Shown here piece after piece: positions 1 to 13,484 of a DNA stretch of 64,000 nt. A program made the position numbers and the translations under genes. Position 1 is the first letter of the stretch, and each line of letters opens with the position of its first letter. The stretch comes from Macrostomum lignano (Eukaryota): NCBI GenBank assembly GCA_002269645.1, contig NIVC01000042.1, positions 372,001 to 436,000 of the forward strand. Direction: 5' to 3'. The notes under the pieces were generated by a model that was not told the origin of the DNA, did not search any database, and was given only the letters and a program-made list of their open reading frames with translations.

Positions 1-1331
1 TTAAGTCTAGCCAATTAAAATCCACGCTGATGAGATCAGCCAGTGGGCTTGTAGAGGTTGAGGTGGGTGCAGCACAAGGCCTGGAACAGTGTGTGCCCCG
101 CACAATCTTTCTTGTAGAAAAGGTGATTCTCACCTCCCCACTGAGTCTTTGAACCGCATTTCCTTTCACTTCCTATAGATTTTCTTTATTGTGTAGCATG
201 ATCATCAATGTCTAAATTGTTAAAATATAACCAAAATTTTGAAATGATTTTTGATGAATGGTGTCAAAATTTGAAATTGAAATCAAAATTATTTTGATGC
301 AAAATTAGTTTTGAAATTCGGAATATCGATATCGAAATCAAATTTTGATCCATCACTACCTTTGATGCCAAAAATCCAGTTGCTAATGAGATTTTCAAGG
401 GCCAAAAAAACCCATATGGCCCAAAAAATAAACCTAGCTCCTTTTTTCTATGAGTATGCCAGCTCATATTTCTTTTTTCTATTCCTTATCCTCTCCCTCT
501 TTTGGCTTGCAATCATCAGGGACTCCTAGGCACATTTTGCTTAGGCCCTGCGAAGCAGACCTAGAAGGGCAATCATTGTGCTAGGTTCTCAATTTGGCCT
601 TTGAGGTAAAAATTTTGCTGACTTTACATGTAAAAGCACTAGGCTTAGACACATGGCCAAGTATTGTATAGCTACTTAAGCAGGAATACACAAATCAAGA
701 CTCAAGCACACTGTGGTAGTACTGCATATAGTATAGTATTGCTATGGTATTGCTCAGTTTGCATGTCTGCCTATGCTTTTTTATAATGCATTGTACATTT
801 TAGTGTTAAGCATAGCAAGGCATGAAATGCCTTATACATATATGGCATGATCAATCAATGAGTGTGCATGAATTGTACATAATTATATACTCTGATCAAG
901 AGCATTACCAGATATCAAGATTCACTGTGGGGCTTTGATTGACCATGCACAATGAGGTAAAGGGGTGGAAATTAATGCATGCAGCCTACCAATTTTTACA
1001 ACTCTATGGGGGACTTTATAGCAGTCCTTAATGCATTTTGATAAAAGAAATACCCATGTTACATAGTCGCATGTATGGTCACATAGACATAACATACAAA
1101 TACTCAAGATTCAATAATGCCTGGACAATGCCTGAACATAACCTAGTGCATATAGGTGATGCATTTGCATAGAATATTTGCATTGAAACAAACATTTAAC
1201 CTATGGACATATAGTCTAGTATAGTGATGGACCAAATGTGGATTTTTGCAAGTTTCCGAAACCGAATCCGAATGTACAAAAAAAATCCGAATCCGAATCC
1301 AAATGTTTCCGAATGTAAGCAAAAAGTGTAA

Positions 1332-1430
1332 GGTAAACGGCGGGAGTAACTATGACTCTTTTAATTTACGAAAATGTCTCGTCATCTAATTAGTGCGCAC
1401 ATAAATTGACTGACAAGATTCCATCTCTCC
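1332..1430 (+). rRNA. 28S (LSU) rRNA pseudo-fragment, helix 69-71 region (R2/I-PpoI target), non-functional
   Basis: GGTAAACGGCGGGAGTAACTATGA-ctcttttaatttacga-AAATGTCTCGTCATCTAATTAGTG followed by a degenerate continuation (gcgcacataaattgactgacaagattcc). Matches the universally conserved eukaryotic 28S sequence as I recall it. Confidence 0.9.
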
Positions 1431-1802
1431 TGGGATTATATTCGTACTCGTACTTTTATCTTAGGGGTCGGATGTGATCACAATCGTGAATTCAAGACCA
1501 TTTTTTCACAATAGTGATTTTGTTGAAACCTGTTCCATCAGTTGTGAATTTCTGCTTACGTTTTTATTAGAAATATAACTTTTCTACTTGATTTACCAAA
1601 AAACGTTGAACACAATGTATAAAGAATTAACAAATTTTAAATTTGTTGACTTGATAGCATTACGGCCGAGTAGCTATTATCAATATACGAGTATGATTTC
1701 TTTTCTTGTTTGTTATTTTCAACACTTGTAACTTACAAGCTCAATATACATGTATGCTAATATAAATTCACAATCACGATCACGCCTGCCTTTGAAAAAT
1801 TC

Positions 1803-1880
1803 ACGCATGACCAAAATCTTCTACTTGTCCGACCTCTACTGATATCTATCGCGAAACCAAATTTAAAGAGACGGACTTAG
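1803..1880 (+). rRNA. Second, more degenerate 28S-like fragment (continuation downstream of the R2 site)
   Basis: cgcatga...cttgtccgacctctactgatatctatcgcgaaacc...agacggactta resembles 28S CGCATGAATGG...CTGTCCCTATCTACTATCTAGCGAAACC...GAACGGGCTTG; alignment by eye only. Confidence 0.4.
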
Positions 1881-4800
1881 ATAGGAAATTCAGTTCTACT
1901 TCTACTGTGTTACATGAACATCTAATTCTAGTACTACTGACTATAGCTAATGAGTGACATATATACAGTGCAATTATGATAATTTTACTGTACGTACGTA
2001 CAGTCCATGTGACCCGTGCAGTTGCAATTATGCATTTTGAAAAAACCTGTTATTACACTTAAACAATAATTACCAAAATATTTCCGTAACTTTAGGTTTA
2101 TCGTCTTACGGGTCCCTAGGTTTAGTAAATTTACTTATTTAACTTTTTTTAAACATATATTGCTGCAAAAATAGACAATCGTAGAAAAAAAGAATAACGT
2201 GATAGATTTTGCTCTTTGCCTTTTAATTTTCTTTCTTTTTAGTTTTTAGTTTCTTTATTTAACGGGTTGCATGCTTTGGTTTTTGATTTGTGATATTTAT
2301 TTTAGATTTGAATTTTAGAAGCACATTCGGAAATATTCGGAAAAAAAAATTTTCGAATCCGAAACATTCGGATTCCTATAAAAGTAAGACTTTTTTTCGG
2401 ATTCGGATTCCGAATCCGAATATTTGGATCCATCACTAGTCTAGTATTGCAAAATTGCAAAATTTGATCCTTTAAAAAAATAAGGCAATTAATGAAATCA
2501 AGTCATCAATATAACAATTGTAAGCTATACAAGATTATGCAGCTGTATAAGCTACATGTGTATTATTCATATAATAAAAATTTTGGTCACTTTGTCAACA
2601 AGCAAATGGGAAAGACCTAGCATTGGTCACTTCATCAACCACTAATAAAATTGCCACCCTAACACTTTGGTCACTTGTCAACCAAGTTGACAAAATGCCA
2701 GTTGATAAAATGACCATCACCCAAAAAGTGACTCACTTTCATGGTAAACTATACCCAATTAATGAACTTTCTTGGGTCAACTTATAGGTACTTATACCAG
2801 ATATTATTGCAATTTTCTTTGAGATTAGGCCCTACAGAGTATATTTCACTTTTCTTTAATTCCTTAATAGTTTCAGAGTATTTTAAACTTGAAGTGGCAA
2901 CATTTTAGCATATTCTAAAAAAGTCGCACATTTTTTCAATCTCACTGAAGTCCCTACAATTGGATTCTAACTAAAACATAAGAGTTCAATAAATTAGGCA
3001 GATTGTCAAGCCTAGGGCCTATTTATATGCCAACTGTCAATGCAATAACCAGAGTTAAACACAAATATAAAAAAACAGAAATACTCACTACAATGCGTTT
3101 AAATATGGATTGCTCTTTTGGTGGAAGCTGTTGACTTGAAGTTTGAGACATTTTGCACAATTATGTTAAGTATCTAGTTGTCAATAAAAACGTTTAAAAA
3201 ACATCAACATTCTACGAAAGAGTATAGCTAGGTTTCGGAATCGACTCGAAGATCAAAAGCCTCAAGACAATATTATCTGGAATCTAACCCAAGTTCTCAG
3301 TGCCAATTGTAGAACAGTTAGACAAATAAAAAATAAATGATATCGTGTATCCGATCGACTTTCGCAGTAAGTGAATGTCAGTTGATGCGCAATTAAATTT
3401 TCTCCTGCCCAATCTATAGAATTGCCAAGATAAAACAAAGTAACAAAATTTATCTCTAAGTTTTGAGTAACAAATGCAAAATCAAAAGCGCTAAATTTTA
3501 AAAAAATTTAAAATCATAAAAAATTTTAGCTTTTTGCCATGTCTATTATTTTCCGGTTTGGCTGACGCACAAGTGAGCCACAGTTAACTGTTTATTTATT
3601 GTTGCGTTCCCCAAATATAGATCTATGCTTATCTATACAAAAATTACAACGTCAGCCTAATGACTATATACAGTGGCAGCTATATACAGTGGGTCCTTGA
3701 GTTAGCTCAGACAATTAAAAACAGTAACTTAGACTCATGGATAACTACTCTAGTTGCCCATGCTTAGACTCCATGGTAGAGTGCAATTATAATGGGTGTG
3801 TATACATTGCATGTAATTAGATATACAATTATATATACTATATTATATAAGGTATTTACATGTATGTCTTCTGGCTGCAAGTTATACGTTTATATGTATG
3901 AAATTTAAAATGGATCCGAATTCATGCAGGAAAAAATTCAAAATTGGTTCATCTTTTTAATTTATATCCACTTGTGATGCAATATTCCTACATGTACATG
4001 TGCAGTGTATGTACAGTATATACATGTAGGGACGCCGAAGCAAGGACAAACAAAAGTAACGGCGCTGCAAAATATATGGCGCTTGTGAATGGATCTAAAG
4101 TGACACAACAAAAAACGGTGGCGCTAAAATCTTGCGATCCATGGTTAATGGGATGCAGGAATATCTACACGCATACATGTACAAGTCACATGCTACATGT
4201 ATGTGCATGGATGTTTAAAGTATCTCGACATGTACTATACATGTCAATTTGTTGTCCTACACACGTGCTCTGTATATACGTCCAGCAGTTTGATGTAGGA
4301 GAATGATTTGTAATGCCACTGGTACTCAGCAGACACATTCTGTCTGGGCCCAGAAATGGCCGGGCTTTCAATTCAATTCTTTGCTATCCGACGTGGAGCA
4401 GAAGGTGCGGGCAGGACGCAAAATCCTACCTGTTACAGCGAGCAACTACATGTAGGTCGTATTTATCTAAGAGAAGAGAGCGGGAGACAGGGAGCAGGGA
4501 AAATTTGAAAGGTAGAAAGCTACGTAATCCTAAGATTAGCTAATCCCATCCCATCAACCCATCTTAACTTTGACTTGGCCGTACATGTAGATGCAGTCGG
4601 GAGCTGTAAACGCCATTTCGCGCGCTCTCCCTGAAAAGCCGCATAGGTTGGGTGCGGGGTCGGTCAGAGTTGGCTGAGGCCTGCCGAACCTGCCATTTAG
4701 TCCTCGGTCGGTCTAGTGGCGAGTAACTACTCTTAGATCCTTGCAGTAGCGTGAGCTTCCTGTAAAATTATTTCCGTTCGACCCAGGCCTCCAAATCAAC

Positions 4801-5254
4801 TCGGTGCCACCAGGGGAGTCGTTACATCCTCCTCCCCATCTTGTGACCAGTTATGGAAATCAATAACTTTGCTTCAGGGCGCCAAAATAAGTGTCTGACT
4901 AAATTAGTCCCAACAACGCCCAAAATGTAATGTGGGAATACTCGTACTTTGTCGAATTCTTGGCTTTGCCCCCCCCCAAAAAAACCTATGGTGGCGCCCT
5001 GGGTGCTACGATTCTAGTGTTGGACAACATGTCCTGCTTTAATTTACGAGTAATAGGCTCTTGATGCCAGCTAGAATGTCGCTGCTCGGACCGCAGCCAA
5101 GCAAGAGCAGTTGCACTTGCGTCTCAGTTGGTCGCTGGGCTGTCTCAATTAACCGACTCACACTGGCTTGCAGAGCCACTTACATGTGGGTGCATGCAAA
5201 CTTCTGCGCTCCGGTAATGCGATTTTTAGCTTTTTTCGGCTGATTGCGGCCATG

Positions 5255-5870
5255 CTTTTAAAGTTGTTAAGTAGTCCTTGATCCTTAGTCCAGTTCGTGT
5301 CATTCCTTGGTCTGGATAGTGTAATTTGTCCGATTAGTTCATTTGTTCGGTTCGTATATGTCATTCATTGATCTGGATAGTGTGTCATTTGTCCGATTAG
5401 GTCATTTGTCCAGTTGTGTCATTCCTTGATTTGGATAGTGTCGTTTGTCCGACTGGGTCATTTTTCCGGTTCGTTTCAGTACTCTATCGGAACAGTGTCA
5501 TTTGTCCGACTAGGAGCTAGGTCATTTGTCCAGTTTGTGTCATTCCTTGATCTGGATAGTGTCATTTGTCCGACTAGGTCATTTTTCCAGTTGTGTCATT
5601 CCTTGATCTGGATAGTGTGTCATTTGTCCGACTAGGTCATTTTTCCAGTTGTGTCATTCCTTGATCTGGATAGTGTGTCATTTGTCCGATTAGGTCATTT
5701 GTCCAGTTGTGTCATTCCTTGATTTGGATAGTGTCGTTTGTCCGACTGGGTCATTTTTCCGGTTCGTGTCAGTACTCTATCGGAACAGTGTCATTTGTCC
5801 GACTAGGAGCTAGGTCATTTGTCCAGTTTGTGTCATTCCTTGATCTGGATAGTGTCATTTGTCCGACTCG
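5255..5870. repeat. Complex tandem repeat (GTCATTTGTCC / TTCCTTGATCTGGATAGT motifs) with ~293-bp higher-order duplication
   Basis: The block starting at ~5414 recurs at ~5707; both give the same ORF-track translation. Confidence 0.85.
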
Positions 5871-5983
5871 GTCCGACGGCCTTCCGTGCATTGAAAATCA
5901 CGCCTAGCCTTATGAAGTGCCATGAACTCCACAAAGCAGAGTGTCTGTGTCTGACATGTTTGACCACGAGTAAGTCGGGGCCG

Positions 5984-6286
5984 CAGCGGCGTCGCCAGGG
6001 ATTTTATTGTGGGGGGGGGACAAAGCCAAGAATTCTACCATGTACATTATTTTCAGAATCGGTGTTGTCAGCACTCATTTTAGCGCCCCAGGCACTCATT
6101 TTAGGGCTGCAGGCGCTATGTTTTCTCGCCCTGCAGCAAAATGCATTCATGCAAAGCAGCAAAAACCAAAAGTAAGAGTAAAAAATAAGCAAAAAGTCTA
6201 CATTTTGCATTTAAAATGTGGAGGGGCCATGGCTACCATTACTGCCCCCCCACTTTCCCTACTGTCCCCCCGTTCCTACGCCTATG
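5984..6286 (+). mobile_element. hAT-like MITE (303 bp)
   Basis: Imperfect TIRs CAGCGGCGTCG / CTACGCCTATG; 8-bp TSD CGGGGCCG at 5976-5983 and 6287-6294; related sequence recurs at ~8690-8890. Confidence 0.8.
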
Positions 6287-6957
6287 CGGGGCCGCTAGCT
6301 GTACATCCGGTACGCTTACGTACTCAGAGGTCAACAGAATGGTGTCATAACGGTTTGACTCCTCATTGGCTTCTCGCAAGCCCTGCAAGTTGTTAGTGGT
6401 CCAAGTTATACGTTTCAGGGTGCTTTTTGATTCACTGAATTCTTTAAAGTGATTTTAGACGCTCTTATGAACAATATTACTAGTATCTATCGCAGTTAGC
6501 AACAAAATATACTTGAAACAAGAACGATGTAGGACAATAGTTTAATAACTTGTTGTTTTTTTCTTTTTTTGAGATCAGCGTACATGTAAATGCGCGGTAC
6601 GTGTACTTGTCTGCTGTCTGCTACTCCCAGTCTAAAAATAGCAACAGCAGTCACTTCAGAGCGGAGGCCTTGGAAATTCCAAGAAACCCACACAGAGCTT
6701 TTTTCACTCGCTTCAATTCTGTGACACGAATGTCAGCTATGTGCGCGGCTTGGGCAGAGAGTGTATCCAAACACAAGCTAATAAGTATACAATACAAGCA
6801 ATTGAATTATTGCTGCTGCAAGAGCCAATAAGATATTATCACTATGAGCTGTAGTCTAAATTTTATGAGGAATGAATTAACTTGGAATTTCCACGAAAGT
6901 GCCTCGTTACATGTATAAAATAAAGGCAAAATCTGAGAATCTCACTTCAAGCAAGTC

Positions 6958-7743
6958 ATGAATTCCAAAAATACAAAACATACTATAAAATCAAAAGCTT
7001 CTTCTAAAAGCCGGCACTCCGACTGCAAAGTCCCGGAGTTGCAGACTTTAAAAGCTTGGCGACAGTCAGCAGACAAGGACAACCAGGGGCACTACGAGAG
7101 TCCTCTGTTCCAGCAGCTTTACGACCAGCACGAGATGCCAAAGCGTACAAAGGACACCAGGAAATGGCTCAGCGAACCTGTGAAGTACCTGTTAAAGCAC
7201 CGCCAGGAGGGCAGCCGGTTGCGACTGCTTTCGCTCGGCTGCGGTCCTGGCAGCGACCTCCTGGCAGGTGTCAAGAGCTTGTTGCAGCATCGAGAAGCCT
7301 TGGCTTCGGTCGCTAGCATCGCCTGCACCGGAGTTGACTTGCTACCTTGGAAACGGGCCAGCTACTACAGCGAGCTTCGGTTGCTGTGTAAGAGTGATCC
7401 CATCTGTCCAAGAATTGACTCGGACTTCAGAGTGGAAGACCTGCAGGAATTCGTGCTGAAGTGTTGTCTGCTACTAGTTCACCTACACAATACTGGCAAG
7501 AGCGTTGAGAAAGCTCAGTTCGACCTCATCACCATGAGCTACGCCAACGCAAAGGAGACGCTCAATGAAATCGCCAAACTGCTGCCGTGGATGCTGCGAC
7601 CCGGCGGCTGCATCGTCATCATTGACAACAACACGGAAAAACTGAGGGACACTGTGAGAGCGGTGCCCGAATACAAAACTGTCTTTATGAATCATGTAAA
7701 ATTAGTGCTAGCATATCCTGCTGAAGCCGCTGGTTCAGGCTGA
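6958..7743 (+). CDS. Class I SAM-dependent methyltransferase (261 aa ORF, substrate unknown)
   Basis: Motif I LRLLSLGCGPGSD, acidic motif TGVDL, FDLITMSY, and LLPWMLRPGGCIVIID; uninterrupted GC-rich ORF. Additional 5' exons cannot be excluded. Confidence 0.8.
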   Translation: MNSKNTKHTIKSKASSKSRHSDCKVPELQTLKAWRQSADKDNQGHYESPLFQQLYDQHEMPKRTKDTRKWLSEPVKYLLKHRQEGSRLRLLSLGCGPGSDLLAGVKSLLQHREALASVASIACTGVDLLPWKRASYYSELRLLCKSDPICPRIDSDFRVEDLQEFVLKCCLLLVHLHNTGKSVEKAQFDLITMSYANAKETLNEIAKLLPWMLRPGGCIVIIDNNTEKLRDTVRAVPEYKTVFMNHVKLVLAYPAEAAGSG

Positions 7744-8274
7744 TGCGCCCTAATTTTCTTATTTTTCCTGTTTGTGTTCCTTGTGGAGTTTTTAAAGATT
7801 TTCCGCTCTAAATTCTCTGCATACTACTGAAACGCGATCTTTAAGTAGCATCTTACCAATTTTGTAATTAAGATGGCATTTTAATCGTTTGTGCTTTCTG
7901 TGGGAACGATGCGTCATATTTACTGCTTGCTTCGCGGTCCCGGTTATTCTTGCGATTATTTAGCTTTCCTAATCTCTAAAATATTCAAAGATGCCTCTTT
8001 TCGACGGTGCGGGACAATTATTCAACATTCAATCAATTATTTTGCATCCTATCCTATTGTTCTCTATCTATCCATCATGTTTATGTATCATCGGATAATT
8101 AAATAAAATCGTTTTAAATTGTAATTTCTACAGCAATTTTTCCTCATTTTCGTTAAACAAGCAAAACTATTATAAAAATGTGTTTACTAATTTGTTTAAT
8201 ATTGAAAAAAACAGACGAATAGAATACATGGTTTATTAAGTACTGGCATTTAAGATCTGATCCAAACTCCAATT

Positions 8275-8690
8275 AGCCCCACACCCCAATCAGCCCCACA
8301 CTCCAATCAGCCCCACACTCCAATCAGCCCCACACTCCAATCAGCCCCACACTCCAATCAGCCCCACACTCCAATCAGCCCCACACTCCAATCAGCCCCA
8401 CACTCCAATCAGCCCCACACTCCAATCAGCCCCACACTCCAATCAGCCCCACACTCCAATCAGCCCCACACCCCAATCAGCCCCACACCCCAATCAGCCC
8501 CACACCCAATCAGCCCCACACTCCAATCAGCCCCACACTCCAATCAGCCCCACACTCCAATCAGCCCCACACTCCAATCAGCCCCACACCCCAATCAGCC
8601 CCACACCCCAATCAGCCCCACACCCCAATCAGCCCCACAATCAGCCCCACACCCCAATCAGCCCCACACCTCAATCAGCTCCACACCAAG
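8275..8690. repeat. 19-bp minisatellite (CCAATCAGCCCCACACT/CC)n
   Basis: About 20 near-identical units. Confidence 0.95.
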
Positions 8691-8890
8691 GGGCGTCGCC
8701 ATGGATTCTATGGTTGGAGGGGGGACAAACCAAATAAGTTTACATTTACATATGTGACTAAATTCCTACCAAGGACCACTAGAAGTTACCTCTGTATATG
8801 TCATGTACTCGTAGGTTCTTGATTCCTACATGTACATTATTCTGAGAATCCGTGTTGTCAGCGCTCATTTTGGCGTCGCAGGCACTCACA
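8688..8890 (+). mobile_element. Partial copy (left part) of the 5984-6286 MITE family
   Basis: GGGGCGTCGCC...GGGGGGACAAA and TGTACATTATT..GAGAATCCGTGTTGTCAGCGCTCATTTT..CAGGCACTC shared with 5987-6100; no right end or TSD found. Confidence 0.65.
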
Positions 8891-9340
8891 GGGATTCGGG
8901 ATTGTGGATTCGGGATTGTGGATTCGGGATTGTGGATTTGGGATTGTGGATTCGGGATTGTGGATTCGGGATTGTGGATTCGGGATTGTGGATTTGTGAT
9001 TGTGGATTCGGGATTGTGGATTTGTGATTGTGGATTCGGGATTGTGGAGTTGTGATTGTGGATTCGGGATTGTGGATTTGTGATTGTGGATTCGGGATTG
9101 TGGATTTGTGATTGTGGATTCGGGATTGTGGATTTGTGATTGTGGATTCGGGATTGTGGATTTGTGATTGTGAATTCGGGATTTTGGATTCGGGATTTAA
9201 GATTCGAGATTGTGGATTTGGGGTGTGGATTCGGGATTGTGGATTTGTGATTGTGGATTCGGGATTGTGGATTTGTGATTGTGAATTCGGGATTTTGGAT
9301 TCGGGATTTAAGATTCGGGATAGTGAATTTGGGGTGTGGA
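8890..9340. repeat. 14-bp minisatellite (GATTGTGGATTCGG)n
   Basis: Tandem units with TTTGT/TTCGG variants. Confidence 0.95.
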
Positions 9341-10125
9341 TTCGATGTCTTGTCCTTTTTCAATTTCAATTTTTAATTTGGATTTTTCAATTTCCAATTT
9401 CCTATTTCCAAGAAAATCCATTTTAGATTGAAATGCGAAACATGCAATTATGCATTTATTAAATCGGTGTTGTGCATCAAATACACCGGTCTGTATGAGG
9501 GTGCTTGAATAGCATGATGTCAAGCTCGGTGGCACCTTCTCTTTGCCAGACTTAAAAACTCAAACTTTATGTTTAGTTATTAAAGCGGAAATATTTACTC
9601 CAAACTTTTATTTTCAACTTTTTTCTTCAAGGCTTAGGGGGCCTGCCCAGGTTGTTCTTATCAGTTTTGCCCAATCTGCGGGCAGGGAGACACAATCCGT
9701 CACTGAACCCCCCTAACATTCTTTTGTCGGCAGTAAATCACCCGCCACTGTGACTGGCCGGGGCAAACAAAAGAATAACTTGCCGATGGAAGCCCTTGAA
9801 AAACTGGTTCATTTCTCTTACTTTGAGGCAAAAAACTAACGCTTTACAAAAGGGGGGTTTCGTGAGAAAGGGCACCGTGATAGATTCTCTTTAACTTCTG
9901 CAAGTGGGCACCTGCGCCCGTCTTGAAGGGAAGGGGTTTAACAACAAAAGTATCATTTCCTTTCAAATTTTTTCCCAGGCTTGTGCCATAGCAGCCGTGC
10001 AATGCGGACAAAACACTTGACTTCAACTCCGGCCCATGACATAATTGGACTTTTTCTGTCTTATTTTAGAAAACTGATTGGTTTCTAAAGATTTCTGTAT
10101 TCTAAGTTTCCGTTTGTTTGCCTTA

Positions 10126-10853
<728 letters not shown>

Positions 10854-11057
10854 TATGATATGAAAATGAAATTTCCAATGCTAAGTACCGCGTATATCTG
10901 TTAGAATAGATCAAATGGGGGATTCTTCTCACGCGTTTTCCTGATGGAGCAGCTAAGAGGACACTTTGGGAGAGCGAGATAAAAGTATCTAGATAAGTTT
11001 GCTCGACAAAATTTTGCAATCAATCAGAAATCTTTTGAACTATGCGCCGCTAGAGCT

Positions 11058-11252
11058 CAGTGGCGCAACCAGGGGGGGGGGGGCGGGGGGACGGTTGCCC
11101 CCTTCTTAGGCGGAGACGGAGACCCAAAAACAATCAAAGGGGGGAAGACCAAGCGAATTTTCGCCAAAAACAGAGCCACCCCTCCGCCCCCCCCTTCCCG
11201 AGACTTTACCATCAGAATCCGCCCCCTCAAAAAATTTATGGTTGCGCTACTG
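11058..11252 (+). mobile_element. hAT-like MITE (195 bp)
   Basis: TIRs CAGTGGCGCAACC / GGTTGCGCTACTG; 8-bp TSD CTAGAGCT at 11050-11057 and 11253-11260. Confidence 0.88.
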
Positions 11253-11619
11253 CTAGAGCTTCATGAACTAAAAACTTCACTTCGGATAAAATAGCTTTCA
11301 GCGTAGATTTCAGAATCACCATCGTCCATCCTCAGAATCTCTCTCTAATCCCCATCCTTGATTCTCACTCACCATAAAACCCTATTCTCAAAATTGTACC
11401 CTTATCTCAGAACTCTATAATCCGAGTCTCCTCCTGCGAGTATACGAGCGTAACCATTCCTTAGAATCCAACTCACAAGCGTCTCTCATCCTCAAATTCT
11501 CATCTCAATCCTAATCCTAATTCTCAGATCTCACCTCAGGTCTCATTGCAGGAACAGGAATTACGCATTAATCTCACGTCACACTTAGAATGCCACATTA
11601 ATCTCAAGTCTCAGAAATC

Positions 11620-12365
11620 CCGATTTAATCCCCATTCTCAGAATCCCAACTTGATCCCCATTCTCATGACTCCACTTTAATCCCCATTCTCAGAAATCCC
11701 GCCTTAATACCCATTCTCAGAAATCCCACCTTAATACCCATTCTCAGAAATCCCACCTTAATACCCATTCTTAGAAATCCCACCTTAATTCCCATTCTCA
11801 GAAATCCCACTTTAATTCCCATTCTCAGAAATCCCATCTTAATACCCATTCTCAGAAATCCCACCTTAATACCCATTCTCAGAAATCCCACCTTAATACC
11901 CATTCTTACAATAGAAATCCCACCTTAATACCTATTCTCAGAAATCCCACCTTAATTCCCAGTCTTAGAAATCCCACTTTAATCCCCATTCTCAGAAATC
12001 CCGCTTTAATACCCATTCTCAGAAATCCCACCTTAATACCCATTCTCAGAAATCCCACCTTAATTCCCATTCTCAGAAATCCCACCTTAATTCCCATTCT
12101 CAGAAATCCTACCTTAATCCCCATTCTCAGAAATCCCACCTTAATCCCCATTCTCAGAAATCCAAACTAAATCCCCATTCTTAGCAATCCCACCTTAATC
12201 CAAGTTCTCAGAAATCCCAATTTAATCCCCAGTCTAAGAAATCCCAATTTAATCCCCTTTCTCAGAAATCCGAAGTTAATCCCGATTCTCAGAATCCCAA
12301 CAAAATTTAAGCTCTCGAAATTCACATTTTAATCCCCATTCTCAGAATCCCAACTTAATCCCCAA
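11620..12365. repeat. 27-bp minisatellite (AGAAATCCCACCTTAATACCCATTCTC)n
   Basis: Tandem units; the MGIKVGFLR periodic ORF is an artefact. Confidence 0.95.
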
Positions 12366-13484
12366 TAATTTCAGTGAGTATTTGTTATTTAAAAATCTAA
12401 GTTAATCTCAACATCTGCATTCTCACAAACTCGCCCAGAGTCCCCAGATATCAGAATCCCATTCCAGTTTAAGGAGTTAAAACTCTAGATTGGTTACTAT
12501 GGGCAACAAATACTTCCTATTTCAACCATAAGCTTGTAAGACCGCTAATAAATTGTTAAGCTTTTACGTAACTTTCAGTTGCTCATTGCCATTGAAATCT
12601 GTTCAATTTTAAGTTATTCAATTTGTTTCTAGGAGGCGAATTTCGAATTGAAATCAATTAGCACCTTACAAGAATGTTATGAGTGAGCTGAACCCCGACC
12701 AAAACAATCATATAGCGCTCATTGTTTCATGTCAAGTTCAAAGGTTCAATCTATTGTTCTCTTCCCAAAACTAACACTGTTATATTGCTCACTTAGCAAC
12801 AGCAGAGGTTTAAACTCGAATGTTTTCGAAGACAGACATAGCTACCTACCTGCCTTAGTGATGCCATATGCCCGTATTGGGCTGTCACTTTAACAGAGTC
12901 AGAAGTAAATTTACGATTGGAACTTGGCTGTGTTTGAGCAGTGGGGCGGGCTGGAGGGCGTGGCTGGGAGGAGAGATGGACTCTGACTGATCGATGAAAA
13001 GTTAGTCATGCGTGGGAACTTTGCAATCCTGTGGTTCACAGACCGCCGCCTTCCCCCGCCTCCCCATTCAACTAGCTTATATAAAATAAAAAATCAGATG
13101 TCTAAATGTGTTTTATAGGCAGGTCAATAAATCACCATGCACATTTCTGGGATCTTGTCGAGTGGCTAACAACAGCTGAACCAAGCAGGCCTGCGATTGC
13201 GGTCCTACTCGAAAGGCAAGACGACATTATTGATTTTTTAACCCAAACAGATTGTTATCTCCAAGACGCTTTGCTTGGTCCCTGTGTAGGTGACGTAAGA
13301 AAATATTTGATACATTGCAGTGCTAAGTAGATGATTGCTAATTGTAAGGAATCTGGTAAAACTATGTGCTATGAAGCTAGTACGAGCTAAGTTAATTGGG
13401 GTAATTGCTGAACACAACTGTGTGGGACGGGAGTTTGGAATTGTGGCTGATGTATGAACTGTGCATAGGGCGATGTTTATCAGG

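Larger units (their letters stand above)
1222..2438 (+). mobile_element. Non-autonomous hAT-like DNA transposon (TAGTGATG-terminus family) carrying 28S rDNA fragments
   Basis: TIRs TAGTGATGGACCAAAT (1222) / ATTTGGATCCATCACTA (ends 2438); identical 8-bp TSD GTCTAGTA at 1214-1221 and 2439-2446; subterminal CCGAAT/ATTCGG repeats at both ends; no transposase ORF. Confidence 0.88.

Noticed and set aside
230-358. TTTGATCCATCACTA terminus similar to the 1222-2438 element's right end
   Set aside because: No matching left end or TSD could be found; at most an orphan fragment.
1332-1430. A functional rDNA locus
   Set aside because: Only ~60-100-bp fragments with substitutions in invariant positions; no surrounding rRNA unit.
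4716-4740. GGCGAGTAACTACTCTTAG resembling a fourth 28S R2-site fragment
   Set aside because: Too short and gapped, lacks the downstream flank, and has no associated TIR/TSD.
4875-5001. Candidate MITE with CAGGGCGCCA/TGGCGCCCTG inverted ends
   Set aside because: The flanking 8-mers (CTTTGCTT vs GGTGCTAC) do not form a TSD.
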